From Candidatus Scatocola faecigallinarum (GTDB taxonomy: Bacteria > Pseudomonadota > Alphaproteobacteria > RF32 > CAG-239), in NCBI GenBank assembly GCA_018713605.1, contig DVOM01000024.1, positions 7,509 through 71,508 of the forward strand: a DNA stretch of 64,000 nucleotides, in the 5' to 3' direction. Positions within the stretch are counted from its first letter, which is position 1. Every line of letters starts with the position of its first letter. The notes under the pieces were generated by a model. It saw only the letters and a program-made list of their open reading frames with translations, had not been told where the DNA came from and did not search any database. Below, piece by piece: positions 29,224-38,464 of the stretch. The translations under genes and the position numbers were made by a program.

Positions 29224-29445
29224 TTAGTTACCCGTGAGCATTACCAGAGCAATAACCAAAGCGTACAAAGCAATAGCCTCAACCGCTGCAAAACCTGCCC
29301 AGCCGTAGATGTCTACGTCTTTTTTTACCTGCGGGTTGCGGCCGACGGTTGAAATAATCGTTGTCCAGACCTGAGACACACCCCAAGCAGCGACAGTCAT
29401 TGACAAAGCGCACATACCGGCGCCGATATAAGCCATAGGTTCCAT
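29224..29445 (-). CDS. atpE: F0F1 ATP synthase subunit c
   Basis: A 73-aa two-helix proteolipid with the loop GRNPQ and a carboxylate E in helix 2 (AAVEAIALY). Confidence 0.9.
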   Translation of the reverse strand: MEPMAYIGAGMCALSMTVAAWGVSQVWTTIISTVGRNPQVKKDVDIYGWAGFAAVEAIALYALVIALVMLTGN

Positions 29446-29627
29446 TTATTTTTCCTTTTGTTCGGGGAAGTTTGTTTATTGGCTTATTGCTTGCAACTTT
29501 TTTCCTTATGTACTTCGTTATGCACGGCGGAAAAAACTTGCGGCGTATTAGGCGCAATATCCAAACTTCGGTTGTTGTGTTTTTTATTCGACATAATTAT
29601 ATTCGGCACATGGCCAAAACTTAATCC

Positions 29628-30350
29628 TTAGTGGCTGTGCAGGGCGTCGCCCAGATAAATACAGCTCAGAACCGTATAAATAAACGCCTGCAACAGGGCA
29701 ATGAAAATTTCAAAGACGATAATGCAGCCGTCGAACGCCAGAGGGACAATGCCGCCGATACCGAGAGCGACAATAAAGCCGGCGATGATTTTCAGCATAA
29801 TGTGGCCGACGGTCATGTTGGCGACAAGACGGACGGTCAGGCTGAACGGTTTTGAAAGGAAAGATATCATTTCAATCGGGACGATCAGAGGCGCCAGCGC
29901 GGCCGGAATTCCTTTGGGCAGAAAGGTACGGAGATAGCCCCATTTCTTTTTTCTGATGCCGATGCCGATATTGAACAGCAGCGCGATGACGGACAGTCCG
30001 CCGACGGCGGCCAGATGCGATGTAAAGGTAAAGGCGTAGGGGAACAGGCCGAGCAGGTTGCCGAAAGCGACAAACAGAAAAACCGTGAAGATAAACGAAA
30101 AGTATTTCAGCCCCTCGACGCCGACGTTTTCTTTCAGCAGTGAGGAGACAAATTCGTAAACGGTTTCCGGTACCGATTGGGCGACCGAGGGAACGATGGT
30201 CCTTTTGCGCAGGCAGAGGCCGAAAACGAGCGTGGAAACGACAACCGCCAAAACCATAAACAGGCTGGAGTTGGTAAAAGAGATGTCCACGCCGCCGACT
30301 TCGATGGGAATAATCGGCTTAATCGTAAATTGTTCCATTGGGTTAGACAC
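29628..30350 (-). CDS. atpB: F0F1 ATP synthase subunit a
   Basis: SNPMEQFTIKPIIPIEVGGVDISFTNSSLFM is a typical N-terminus, and SLTVRLVANMTVGH is present. I prefer the GTG at 30350, 10 nt after the AAGGAG that ends atpI. The ORF-track ATG at 30389 would overlap atpI by 32 nt. Confidence 0.85.
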   Translation of the reverse strand: MSNPMEQFTIKPIIPIEVGGVDISFTNSSLFMVLAVVVSTLVFGLCLRKRTIVPSVAQSVPETVYEFVSSLLKENVGVEGLKYFSFIFTVFLFVAFGNLLGLFPYAFTFTSHLAAVGGLSVIALLFNIGIGIRKKKWGYLRTFLPKGIPAALAPLIVPIEMISFLSKPFSLTVRLVANMTVGHIMLKIIAGFIVALGIGGIVPLAFDGCIIVFEIFIALLQAFIYTVLSCIYLGDALHSH

Positions 30351-30357
30351 GACTGAC

Positions 30358-30660
30358 TTACTCCTTGCTCCGGTCCTCGTTTTTGACAAAACGGTATACG
30401 TTTAAGAATCCCGCGGCACCGCCGAAAAACAGGCAAACAATGAGCAGAACGGGCTGCGTGTCGAACAGTTTGTCCAAAAAGTAGCCCAGAGCGGCCCCGA
30501 CCAGTACGCCCGAAACCAGTTCAGTTCCGACCCGGAATCCGGTTTTGGTCGCATAGGCAAACTCTGATTCCGGACGGTCTTTCCGCGCGGCTTTTTCAAC
30601 CGCTCTTTGTTTGTTTATGCGTTCTTCCAACGATTTCAGGTCATCGGGAATCTTTTTCAT
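30358..30660 (-). CDS. atpI: ATP synthase protein I (AtpI-like)
   Basis: A 100-aa protein with two TM helices, immediately upstream of atpB. Confidence 0.65.
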   Translation of the reverse strand: MKKIPDDLKSLEERINKQRAVEKAARKDRPESEFAYATKTGFRVGTELVSGVLVGAALGYFLDKLFDTQPVLLIVCLFFGGAAGFLNVYRFVKNEDRSKE

Positions 30661-30715
30661 CTGTACCTACTATACTCATAAATTGTTACCGACTTATTAA
30701 AAAAAGGCGGCTTTG

Positions 30716-31459
30716 TTATTTATTTGCAAGCTTTTTTTCCAAAAAAGCCTTGAGCAGTTCATAGTCTGGGGCGCCGTGAATGACTTCTTTGCCGTCCTTG
30801 CTGACAACGAGCAGCGCCGGCGTACCCTGAACCTTGAGTTTTTCTATGGCCTGCTGGCGTTCTTCAATTATGTTCTGAGCCAGTTTTTCGTTTTTGAGAC
30901 ATTTGGCGACTTCTTCTTTGCTCAGTCCGTTCAGCGACGCGTATTCGGCCAACAGTTTTTCGGTGCGGAGCGAAAGTCCCCAGTCGCGTTGTTTTTTGAA
31001 CAGGAGTTTGATAAATTCATGATAGTTTTTCTCCGGCATACAGTCGGCAATCATGGCGGCCATCATTGATTTGCTGTCGAGCGGAAAGTTGACGAAGACG
31101 AGTTTGACCTTGCCGCTGTCAATAAAGTCTTTTTGAAGTTTGGGCAGGGTTTCGAGATGAAAATCGGAGCAGTGGTAGCAGCCGAAAGAGGAATATTCGT
31201 AAATTGAAATCGGCGCGTCTTTGCTGCCGACAGGGTGTCCCTTGGGAAGGATTACGTTGACATTGGCCGCGATTTTCTCTGCCAGGCCGTCGGCATCCTT
31301 CGGGTTTGCGGCAGCGCGGGCTTCTTTAACCAAAACCGGGCGTCCGTCGGGACTCATAATGAAGCCCTTGAGGTTCAGATACATTCCGGCGCCAATGAAA
31401 AAAATGAGCAGTCCGGCAACAAAGCCGCTGATTTTTTTTATCGTATCTTCAAATTTCAT
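30716..31459 (-). CDS. DsbA-family thiol:disulfide oxidoreductase
   Basis: An N-terminal TM/signal anchor, the CYHC active site in FGCYHCSDFH, and a thioredoxin-fold C-terminus (QGTPALLV). Confidence 0.8.
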   Translation of the reverse strand: MKFEDTIKKISGFVAGLLIFFIGAGMYLNLKGFIMSPDGRPVLVKEARAAANPKDADGLAEKIAANVNVILPKGHPVGSKDAPISIYEYSSFGCYHCSDFHLETLPKLQKDFIDSGKVKLVFVNFPLDSKSMMAAMIADCMPEKNYHEFIKLLFKKQRDWGLSLRTEKLLAEYASLNGLSKEEVAKCLKNEKLAQNIIEERQQAIEKLKVQGTPALLVVSKDGKEVIHGAPDYELLKAFLEKKLANK

Positions 31460-31995
31460 TTTTTCTTATTCTCTCTTTTGTTGTCATTAAATACACTTTT
31501 ACCTAATTTTACTAATATTTCCTTAAGTTCGGAATGGTTTAGGTCTTCCGCCAGATTATTAATATAATTTTCCTCTTCGGGGCTTACAAGAGTTTCGGAA
31601 CGTTCCTCTTTCTTTATTTTATCCAGTTTTTCAAGCGTCAGGCTGTTGTTTTGGACAATTTTTATTTTGGCTACCGCCTGATATCCGAAACGGGTGTTGA
31701 TTTTTTCAAGAATAAATTTTTCTCGGTGCTGGATTTCGAGCGCAAAAGCGCCGGAAGCGACGTTTAAGTACAGGGTGCCGTTGCTTTTCTGTCCGCGGGG
31801 AAAGTCGATTTTCTGCGGCAGGCAGAATTCGGCCAGCTCTTCGCCGACGATTTCGTGCCAGCCGGCCAAGATGTCGACTTCGACAAAGCCCCTGCTTCCC
31901 AAAATCTGTCTGGCGAAAGGCAGAATGGTTTTTGACAGCGACGACAGCCCCATGGTTTTGCGTTCGTCGGATATTTTGATTTTTTCCTCTTTCAT
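31456..31995 (-). CDS. DUF721-domain protein (DciA-like)
   Basis: The segment ILAGWHEIVGEELAEFCLPQKIDFPRGQKSNGTLYLNVASGAFALEIQHREKFILEKIN resembles DUF721. Start taken at ATG 31995, because the 142-codon N-terminal extension in the ORF track runs antisense through fliO. Confidence 0.6.
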   Translation of the reverse strand: MKEEKIKISDERKTMGLSSLSKTILPFARQILGSRGFVEVDILAGWHEIVGEELAEFCLPQKIDFPRGQKSNGTLYLNVASGAFALEIQHREKFILEKINTRFGYQAVAKIKIVQNNSLTLEKLDKIKKEERSETLVSPEEENYINNLAEDLNHSELKEILVKLGKSVFNDNKRENKKK

Positions 31996-32139
31996 AGGTT
32001 TATCTCTAACATATTGTTTTTTCTTCTTCCAGTCCCGCGCTTTACATATCAACAGACACGGCGGCGGCGATTGACTTTTGGCGGCGAAGCCCCGTATAAT
32101 CAGCGCAGAAAGGATAACAGCGACCGGACGGACGATAAT

Positions 32140-32427
32140 ATGGAAGGTATGATGATTTTGAAAGCCATGCTTTCGCTGGCTTTTGTGTTGGGACTGATGT
32201 TCCTGACGCTGTGGGCGGTCAGGTACTGCCAGCTGCACGGCGCCAAAAGCCGTTTTATGCGCAAACTTGGCGAACAGCAGCGATTGCAGGTTCTGGAGGT
32301 TCGCCGTCTGGACGCGCGGAATACGCTTGTTTTGTTCCGAAAAGACAAAGACGAGCATTTGGTTTTGCTCGGTGCGGCGCAGAATTTGCTGATTGAAACC
32401 GTTCCGCTTAAGAAGGCTCAAAAATAA
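32140..32427 (+). CDS. fliO: Flagellar biosynthesis protein FliO
   Basis: One TM segment followed by LQVLEVRRLDARNTLVLFRKDKDEHLVLLG, a FliO-like core. Its stop overlaps the fliP ATG by 1 nt. Confidence 0.65.
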   Translation: MEGMMILKAMLSLAFVLGLMFLTLWAVRYCQLHGAKSRFMRKLGEQQRLQVLEVRRLDARNTLVLFRKDKDEHLVLLGAAQNLLIETVPLKKAQK

Positions 32428-33170
32428 TGTCTAGGAAATTCTTTCTTTTTGGTTTTGTTCTTGCGGCGGCGCTGCTGTATTTCAGTTTTCCGGCAGAGGC
32501 GCAGACGCTCAGCCTGAATATTCAGGATCAGCCGAGCGGTTCGGCAACGGCAAGGATTTTTAACCTTATTCTGCTGATTACGGTGTTGTCGATTGCGCCG
32601 AGCCTGCTGGTAATGATGACGTCGTTTACACGTATCGTCGTCGTTTTTTCGATTACGCGCAGCGCGCTGGCGACCAACTCGACGCCGCCGAATATGGTGC
32701 TGCTCTCGCTGGCTTTGTTCCTGACCATGTTCATTATGGCGCCGACGTTTGAAAAGTCCTGGGAAGAGGGCATTAAGCCGATGTATGAAGAGAAAGTCGA
32801 AATTATCGAGGGACTGGAAAAGGCTGCGGAGCCGATTAAGGAATTTATGATTCGGAACACCCGGGAAAAAGACTTGCTGCTGTTTACCGATCTGGCTAAG
32901 GAAAAACCGGCCGAAACGGTTGCGGAAACGCCGTTGAAAGTTGCCATTCCTGCGTTTATGATCAGCGAACTGCGCCGCGCGTTTGAAATCGGCTTTTTGA
33001 TTTTCGTGCCGTTTCTGATTATTGATATGGTTATCGCTTCGGTGCTGATGTCGATGGGTATGATGATGCTGCCGCCAACGGTTTTGGCTTTGCCTTTCAA
33101 GGTTATTTTCTTTGTTCTGGTTGACGGGTGGTATATGTTGGCCGGGTCGTTGGTTCACTCCTTTAAATAA
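32427..33170 (+). CDS. fliP: Flagellar type III export apparatus protein FliP
   Basis: 247 aa, LLITVLSIAPSLLVMMTSFTRIVVVFSITRSALA ... FLIFVPFLIIDMVIASVLMSMGMMMLPP, the FliP signature. Confidence 0.92.
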   Translation: MSRKFFLFGFVLAAALLYFSFPAEAQTLSLNIQDQPSGSATARIFNLILLITVLSIAPSLLVMMTSFTRIVVVFSITRSALATNSTPPNMVLLSLALFLTMFIMAPTFEKSWEEGIKPMYEEKVEIIEGLEKAAEPIKEFMIRNTREKDLLLFTDLAKEKPAETVAETPLKVAIPAFMISELRRAFEIGFLIFVPFLIIDMVIASVLMSMGMMMLPPTVLALPFKVIFFVLVDGWYMLAGSLVHSFK

Positions 33171-33180
33171 AATATTTGTT

Positions 33181-33330
33181 CTGTCATTGCCGGTTTTTTT
33201 CGTCATTTCCCGGTTTGACTTGGGAATCCTTAGATTGCCGGATCAAGTCCGGCAATGACAGAGCGAGTACTTGAGCAGGGAATCTATATATCCCCGGCGT
33301 TGGCACTATGTGCTGCCCGAGGATGACGGA
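33181..33330. repeat. Cluster of palindromic repeat units of the same family
   Basis: CTGTCATTGCCGG..., CGTCATTTCCCGG..., TAGATTGCCGGATCAAGTCCGGCAATGACAG and ...CCCGAGGATGACGG. Confidence 0.75.
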
Positions 33331-33525
33331 AATGCAAGCACAATTTTGGCTAAATAGTCGGTCATGCTCCGGCTTCACCGGAGCTGCTCCCCATACGTGC
33401 CGAGTTTGTTCTGTAAGTCTCGTGGTTTTTGCTGTCGCTCAACCGCTCGCCAACAGGACTGCACCGCAGCCGGCTCGCAGCTTCACCGGAGCTGCTCCCC
33501 ATACTGCGCCAGGTGTAGCAGAAAT

Positions 33526-33556
33526 AAAAAAGCTCTTCGGGGAGAAGAGCTTTTTG
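33526..33556. terminator. Bidirectional rho-independent terminator
   Basis: AAAAA-AGCTCTTC-GGGGA-GAAGAGCT-TTTTT. Confidence 0.85.
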
Positions 33557-33575
33557 TTTGGGGAAAGGGCTTGGC

Positions 33576-34175
33576 TTAGAAGACGTAGCGGATACCGCCG
33601 TAGACTTCGTGAGCGCGAACCGAAGCTTTTTCAATTTCGCCCATGTGCAAGAAACGGTAACCGACGTCAATGTTGATACGGTTGGTCAGCTTGGCCGAGA
33701 GACCGCCGCCGACGGCCCAGGTAAAGTTGTCTTCTTCATATTTGACGGAACGGCGCCCGAAACCCTGAAATTCGTACTGAATGTTGGTCATACCGATACC
33801 GGCCATGACATAGGGCGTAAACATCGAGTAGGGGGTCAAATCGGCATAAACGTTTAACATGTAAGACATGGTCTGAAAATTCGAATGGTTTCTGGCGTCA
33901 ATTTCGCCGGTGGCCTTGTCGGTTTCTTCACGCCAGGTATATTCGAGCTCGGCGCGGAAATAAGTATAGCGGTAGCCGAGAGCGATGCCGGCCATCCAGG
34001 CATTGTCGTCTACTTCCAGTCTGTCGCCGAGGGCTTCGTCGGAATCGCCGACGTTATGGTTAACGATACCGCCGCGGACGCCCATATAAAAACCGTCGCA
34101 TTCGGCAGAGGCAGACGCGGCCAGACTCATAGACATGACAAAGGCCGTAAATGCCGATAAAAGTTTTTTGCTCAT
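33576..34175 (-). CDS. Small outer-membrane beta-barrel protein (OmpA-like 8-strand / porin family)
   Basis: Signal peptide ending ASASA-E. Alternating aromatic/hydrophobic strands and a C-terminal GGIRYVF. Confidence 0.75.
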   Translation of the reverse strand: MSKKLLSAFTAFVMSMSLAASASAECDGFYMGVRGGIVNHNVGDSDEALGDRLEVDDNAWMAGIALGYRYTYFRAELEYTWREETDKATGEIDARNHSNFQTMSYMLNVYADLTPYSMFTPYVMAGIGMTNIQYEFQGFGRRSVKYEEDNFTWAVGGGLSAKLTNRINIDVGYRFLHMGEIEKASVRAHEVYGGIRYVF

Positions 34176-34460
34176 TCGTTCACTCCAAATAAATTTAGCT
34201 GAAAAAGTCTATTTTGTCCAAATTTATACAATAATTTGTTTAATTACGCAAGTCTAAAATTCATACTTTATGCTTAAATCTAGCCAAAATGTCTTAAAAT
34301 GTGATTAATAAAGCTGATATTTCAGGCAGATGAGTTGAAAAAAAGCCGGTTTGAGCCGTTTGCAGGCGCGACTCGGCAAAAGATTTTGCGACTCGGTAAT
34401 TAGGGTAAGTGTTCGGCTTATTTCGGGAATTTCCGGTTATATCTGAAGGTAACTTTTTTC

Positions 34461-34600
34461 TGTCATTTCCGTGCACTTTTTCTTTCCTTTGTCATTCCCC
34501 GGCTTGAGCGGGAAATCCAAGCGGCTAAGCGTTTCTAGATCCCCGGACTAAATCCGGGGATGACAGAAACGCTTGGCCGGAATTGGCCAGAGGATGACGA
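34461..34600. repeat. Palindromic repeat cluster forming the left boundary of the low-GC insert
   Basis: TTTCTTTCCTTTGTCATTCCCCGGCTTGAGCGGGAAATCC...AGATCCCCGGACTAAATCCGGGGATGACA. It aligns in direct orientation with 39026-39101. Confidence 0.8.
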
Positions 34601-34682
34601 TAGGGGGGATTTTAAAAAGGGAAAGGGCGGCAGGTAAACCTGCCACCCTTTCTATATTATTATAATAATATTTTTTATTGGT

Positions 34683-35522
34683 TTAGAAGCGACCCTTGTT
34701 CGGGCGGCGTCCTAAGCCGAATTCTATTTTTACCGTAACGGACCCGTAAACCGGTTGGTAGGACTTGCCGAAGCTTTTGAATTGATAGCTTTCAACACGT
34801 CCTTCAAGAGAAACTTTGGTTATTGAGCCAATGAAACGTTTCTCAAGACCAAGGACAGCTCCATATTTGACAGAACTGCCATCCTTTACAGATGGGAAGT
34901 CCACTGTGCCGGGGACATCAACGTCCGGATCCGGATCTTCATAGTGGAAATTGGTGGTATTTTTGCAATACTGGTATCCGACTGACGGACCAGCATATAA
35001 TCTCCACGACCTCCCGTAACGTTCGTTGCGGAGAGCATGCTTCTTTTGATAAGGAGTCATGCCCGTCGTATTTACCACTGTTTTATTCCCAAAATGCGCC
35101 AGAGTGATGGCGAAATCAACAGAGGCGCCAAGAGAACGGAACTGTTGTCCAAGCTCTTTAGCTATTTCCATTTTTTCGCCAATTTCGGCGTTGACACTGA
35201 CGTGTCCCCAGCCGAAGTAATTCTGTACGAAAGCACCATATTGAGCGCCCCCGTAAGAATTTATACCGGCTTTTGCTCCAATGCTCCAGCCAGTGATGAC
35301 GGTAGCTTTGGGCTCGCCGTCTTTGAACTTCACGTCATACGGTTGCCCTCCGAAAGCATCAGCGAGATCGATGTATGACATGTCGATTGCAGCGGTGTCT
35401 CCTGTTTCGGTGACAGCTGTGAAATCGTATTCAACACTTGCGCCGGTATTTTCTTGCGCACTAATATTTGTTGTTGCAGCAATCATAGCTACTACGACAG
35501 CTGCTAATTTGAAAGTCTTCAT
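34683..35522 (-). CDS. Outer-membrane beta-barrel protein (insert gene 2)
   Basis: 279 aa. Signal peptide MKTFKLAAVVVAMIAATTNISAQE, beta-strand periodicity, and a C-terminal ...KGRF. Confidence 0.65.
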   Translation of the reverse strand: MKTFKLAAVVVAMIAATTNISAQENTGASVEYDFTAVTETGDTAAIDMSYIDLADAFGGQPYDVKFKDGEPKATVITGWSIGAKAGINSYGGAQYGAFVQNYFGWGHVSVNAEIGEKMEIAKELGQQFRSLGASVDFAITLAHFGNKTVVNTTGMTPYQKKHALRNERYGRSWRLYAGPSVGYQYCKNTTNFHYEDPDPDVDVPGTVDFPSVKDGSSVKYGAVLGLEKRFIGSITKVSLEGRVESYQFKSFGKSYQPVYGSVTVKIEFGLGRRPNKGRF

Positions 35523-35614
35523 AAAAAGTTGTGTTAGTTCCCCGGGCGGTTGTTATGCCCGGGGAGGATTATTTTGCTAAATTTTTTTCTCTTATTTCTG
35601 ACAGCAGTGGTAAG

Positions 35615-38464
35615 TTACCATGCTGCAGCAGTAGCAGAACCTTCAGCCGAAGATACTGTTACAGAACCATCGGCGTTCTCCTTGGAAGAAGATGCGATAT
35701 AGACTTCCGGTTTGCCATGAGCAGCAATTTGAACTTGGTTGAGTTCGATTGATGTAATGGCGGTGTTGTTGTTAGCTTTTTCAATGCTTCTCCAGATAAA
35801 GGCATTACCGCTTTGATATGCGCGAGTGAAAACCCATGTTCCGTCAGCTTTTTGAGCAAGGCTTGCAACACCGGAAGGAGCATTTACTTCATCCCAGCTC
35901 TTCTTGGCTACTTCTTTGCCATCGATAAAGCCCTTTAATCCGCCGCCTACGAGTTGTCCATTTTCATAGATGTTGTAAACGAAGATTGTGGCAATGTGAT
36001 GGGCATTGTTGTAATCCCAAGTATGAGACTGGCTTCCAGATGAGATTCCGAACTGGTTAGGAGCAACGACCCAAAGGTTGACTTCTGCGCTGGCGTCGGT
36101 TGAACGGCCGTTAAATGTTGCACTAATCTGAGATTTGTACATCATGCCGTTCTTTCCGTCTTTACGACCGAGGTCAACAAGGCTGGAGGAACCCAAATCG
36201 GTAAAGCTGTATGTCTTAGAAGTCATTGCAAAGCTGTCGCCGATAGTCGGAACAAATTCAGCTTCTTCATGATAAGCAGCAAATACAACTTGGGCTTTGT
36301 TAGTCTTTGTTGTATAAGTTGTTTTGTACTTCTTTACAGTAAACTTACCATACTTGCCGGCAGCCTCGCGGGTGCTTACAAGTTGCTTGGATCCTTCAAC
36401 TGCATTGGCGTCTGAAACGTTGAAGTTGTCAGTGTCAATGTTTTGGCCGGCCGGAGCTTCGATAGAATTGAAAATCTGAACACCGTCAGTACCCAGTTCC
36501 TTTTCAGTGCCGTCAGACATGATGGCATAGAAAGTAGCATAAGTATAAGAGGTGGTCGGATTTACGTAATCGAAACCGAAGTTTTTGCCTATAGTTCCTT
36601 TTGGGCTGGCCTCTTCACCTTTGTCATTCCAAACTTCAGTATCGGTGTTGTGTGCCGAAGCAGCATTTTTACCGAAAGCAGCGTTGTAAATGAAAGATAC
36701 CGGAGTAACCTCGTAGTTGTGGTTGTTCTCTTTTTCTTCACGTACATTGCCCAGAGAAGTCTTAGAATGTTCCAAAACCCACATCGGAACTGTCAAGTTG
36801 CAGCTCTTTCCGCCTTCAGTATAAGTCAAAGCTGTATACTGGAGTTCAATCTCATGAGCATGGCCGTTATAAGAAGCGGTCATATCCTGAGACATGGTTT
36901 GGAAAGTTAAACCTTCATGCTTTGTAGATGAACCAACTTTTGTTGCGTTGCCTTTCTTAGCAATTGTCGGGTTGCCAAAATTGGTGTTGTCGCGATACAG
37001 TCTGTCCAGTTTAGGCATGATGATTTTGCTTGCATAACCGTAGTTGTTGACAACGGTGGTGTCGCTGTATGTGTTGTCGTCATAATAACGTGTAATCACA
37101 TAAGTTTTGTCACCGTCGAAACTCTTTTCGGTTACTCTTGTCAGGTTCTTTTCAGGTTTTGGTTCTTCGCCTTTCAGCTTACGGAGAATAATTTCTCCTT
37201 CGCCGTTCAGGTTACGGTCATAGTAGGTCGCAACAATCCGTGAGTAAGCGTGTTTCTGCTCATAACCGTATCCGGCCATGTCGGTCAGTTCGGTTGTGCC
37301 GCTGTCGCGGAATGAGAAATCTTTGCTCAAGAACTGTATATTTTCTCCCATTCCCTGAGGCACAATATAAGTGGCCTCTTCAGTGTGTGCGTAAAATACA
37401 CTTGAAGACTTGTCGGTCTTGGTTGTGTAAGTTGTTACGTACTCCTGAATGGAAATGGATCCTACCAATCTCGGGTCGCCAACTTTTTCTTTGGAACCGG
37501 CAACCGGTTCTAAGTCTGTTAAAGCAAAAGCTTCATCGTCTTTCAAATCAACAATGACGCCTTCGGCATTAACCAACCAGAAGCGAAGGGTTGCAGAAAC
37601 ATCAGAAAGTTTTTCTTCCTTACCGTTGTTCAATTTTTGCCACATTTCGAATGCTGTTTCGGCAGTATTGTCAGATGTGGTTTTGAACGTGAAGTTCTTT
37701 CCAAACATTTCCGTAGCTTCGGGATCCGGCTCAATGGTGTTGTTGGCTACGAAGAATTTGTGGGTTTTTGTAAACTCACGAACGTCGTCTTCATTGTAAA
37801 CAAATTCCCACACGAGAGTGTTGGTATAAAGTTTACCTTCAACGCCTTCATGAGTGTAAGCTTCGCCCTTTTCTCCGTAACGAACACCCTTGAAATTGCC
37901 TAACCAATAGCTGGATTTCATCTCCCAACCTTTATACCATGCTTTTTCGTGCACAGTATTGATGGTTTCTGAGAAACTGCCAAAGTTGTAGTTCCAACCA
38001 GCGCTAAACTCCATTTTAGTGAAGTCTCCGCTTTGGTAAGAACGAGTGGCTCTGGTAGCTGAGAAACTCGGAGCTCCGATAATGCTGTCAGGAACCACGA
38101 TAATATCGTGATCACAGTCAGCGATTGAAGCTCTGACATTCAGGTCGGTGCGTACTTCTTTGCTTATACCATCTTCAATGATGGGATAGTATGAAGTGTA
38201 GTGTTCTTCATCTTTGAAGTAGAGCTCTGGATTGCCGTCAGCTTTGATGCCTTCCTTTTTGATTACCTCGACAGTTAATGTGTCGTGAACGGGATACCAG
38301 ATGGTATCTTTTTTCTCGATGATAACCTCGATGGTTTTCTGGGAAGCCGTGAATGTCGGCATACCATCTTCACTGTTAGTGCAAGAAGTAAACATTGCAC
38401 CAAAAACTACTGTGCAGAGCAACATTACTAATGCCGCAGCTGCGAAATTTTTCATTGTTCTCAT
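35615..38464 (-). CDS. Large predicted surface lipoprotein with two duplicated modules (insert gene 1)
   Basis: 949 aa. Signal peptide plus lipobox-like MFTSC, followed by TNSEDG. The composition is T/S/N/Y/K-rich. No family recognised. Confidence 0.7.
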   Translation of the reverse strand: MRTMKNFAAAALVMLLCTVVFGAMFTSCTNSEDGMPTFTASQKTIEVIIEKKDTIWYPVHDTLTVEVIKKEGIKADGNPELYFKDEEHYTSYYPIIEDGISKEVRTDLNVRASIADCDHDIIVVPDSIIGAPSFSATRATRSYQSGDFTKMEFSAGWNYNFGSFSETINTVHEKAWYKGWEMKSSYWLGNFKGVRYGEKGEAYTHEGVEGKLYTNTLVWEFVYNEDDVREFTKTHKFFVANNTIEPDPEATEMFGKNFTFKTTSDNTAETAFEMWQKLNNGKEEKLSDVSATLRFWLVNAEGVIVDLKDDEAFALTDLEPVAGSKEKVGDPRLVGSISIQEYVTTYTTKTDKSSSVFYAHTEEATYIVPQGMGENIQFLSKDFSFRDSGTTELTDMAGYGYEQKHAYSRIVATYYDRNLNGEGEIILRKLKGEEPKPEKNLTRVTEKSFDGDKTYVITRYYDDNTYSDTTVVNNYGYASKIIMPKLDRLYRDNTNFGNPTIAKKGNATKVGSSTKHEGLTFQTMSQDMTASYNGHAHEIELQYTALTYTEGGKSCNLTVPMWVLEHSKTSLGNVREEKENNHNYEVTPVSFIYNAAFGKNAASAHNTDTEVWNDKGEEASPKGTIGKNFGFDYVNPTTSYTYATFYAIMSDGTEKELGTDGVQIFNSIEAPAGQNIDTDNFNVSDANAVEGSKQLVSTREAAGKYGKFTVKKYKTTYTTKTNKAQVVFAAYHEEAEFVPTIGDSFAMTSKTYSFTDLGSSSLVDLGRKDGKNGMMYKSQISATFNGRSTDASAEVNLWVVAPNQFGISSGSQSHTWDYNNAHHIATIFVYNIYENGQLVGGGLKGFIDGKEVAKKSWDEVNAPSGVASLAQKADGTWVFTRAYQSGNAFIWRSIEKANNNTAITSIELNQVQIAAHGKPEVYIASSSKENADGSVTVSSAEGSATAAAW

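Noticed and set aside
31456-32421. A 321-aa ORF for the DUF721 gene
   Set aside because: The first 142 codons are Gln/His/Arg-rich, lie antisense to fliO, and extend past the divergent promoter region. The conserved DUF721-like part starts after the ATG at 31995.
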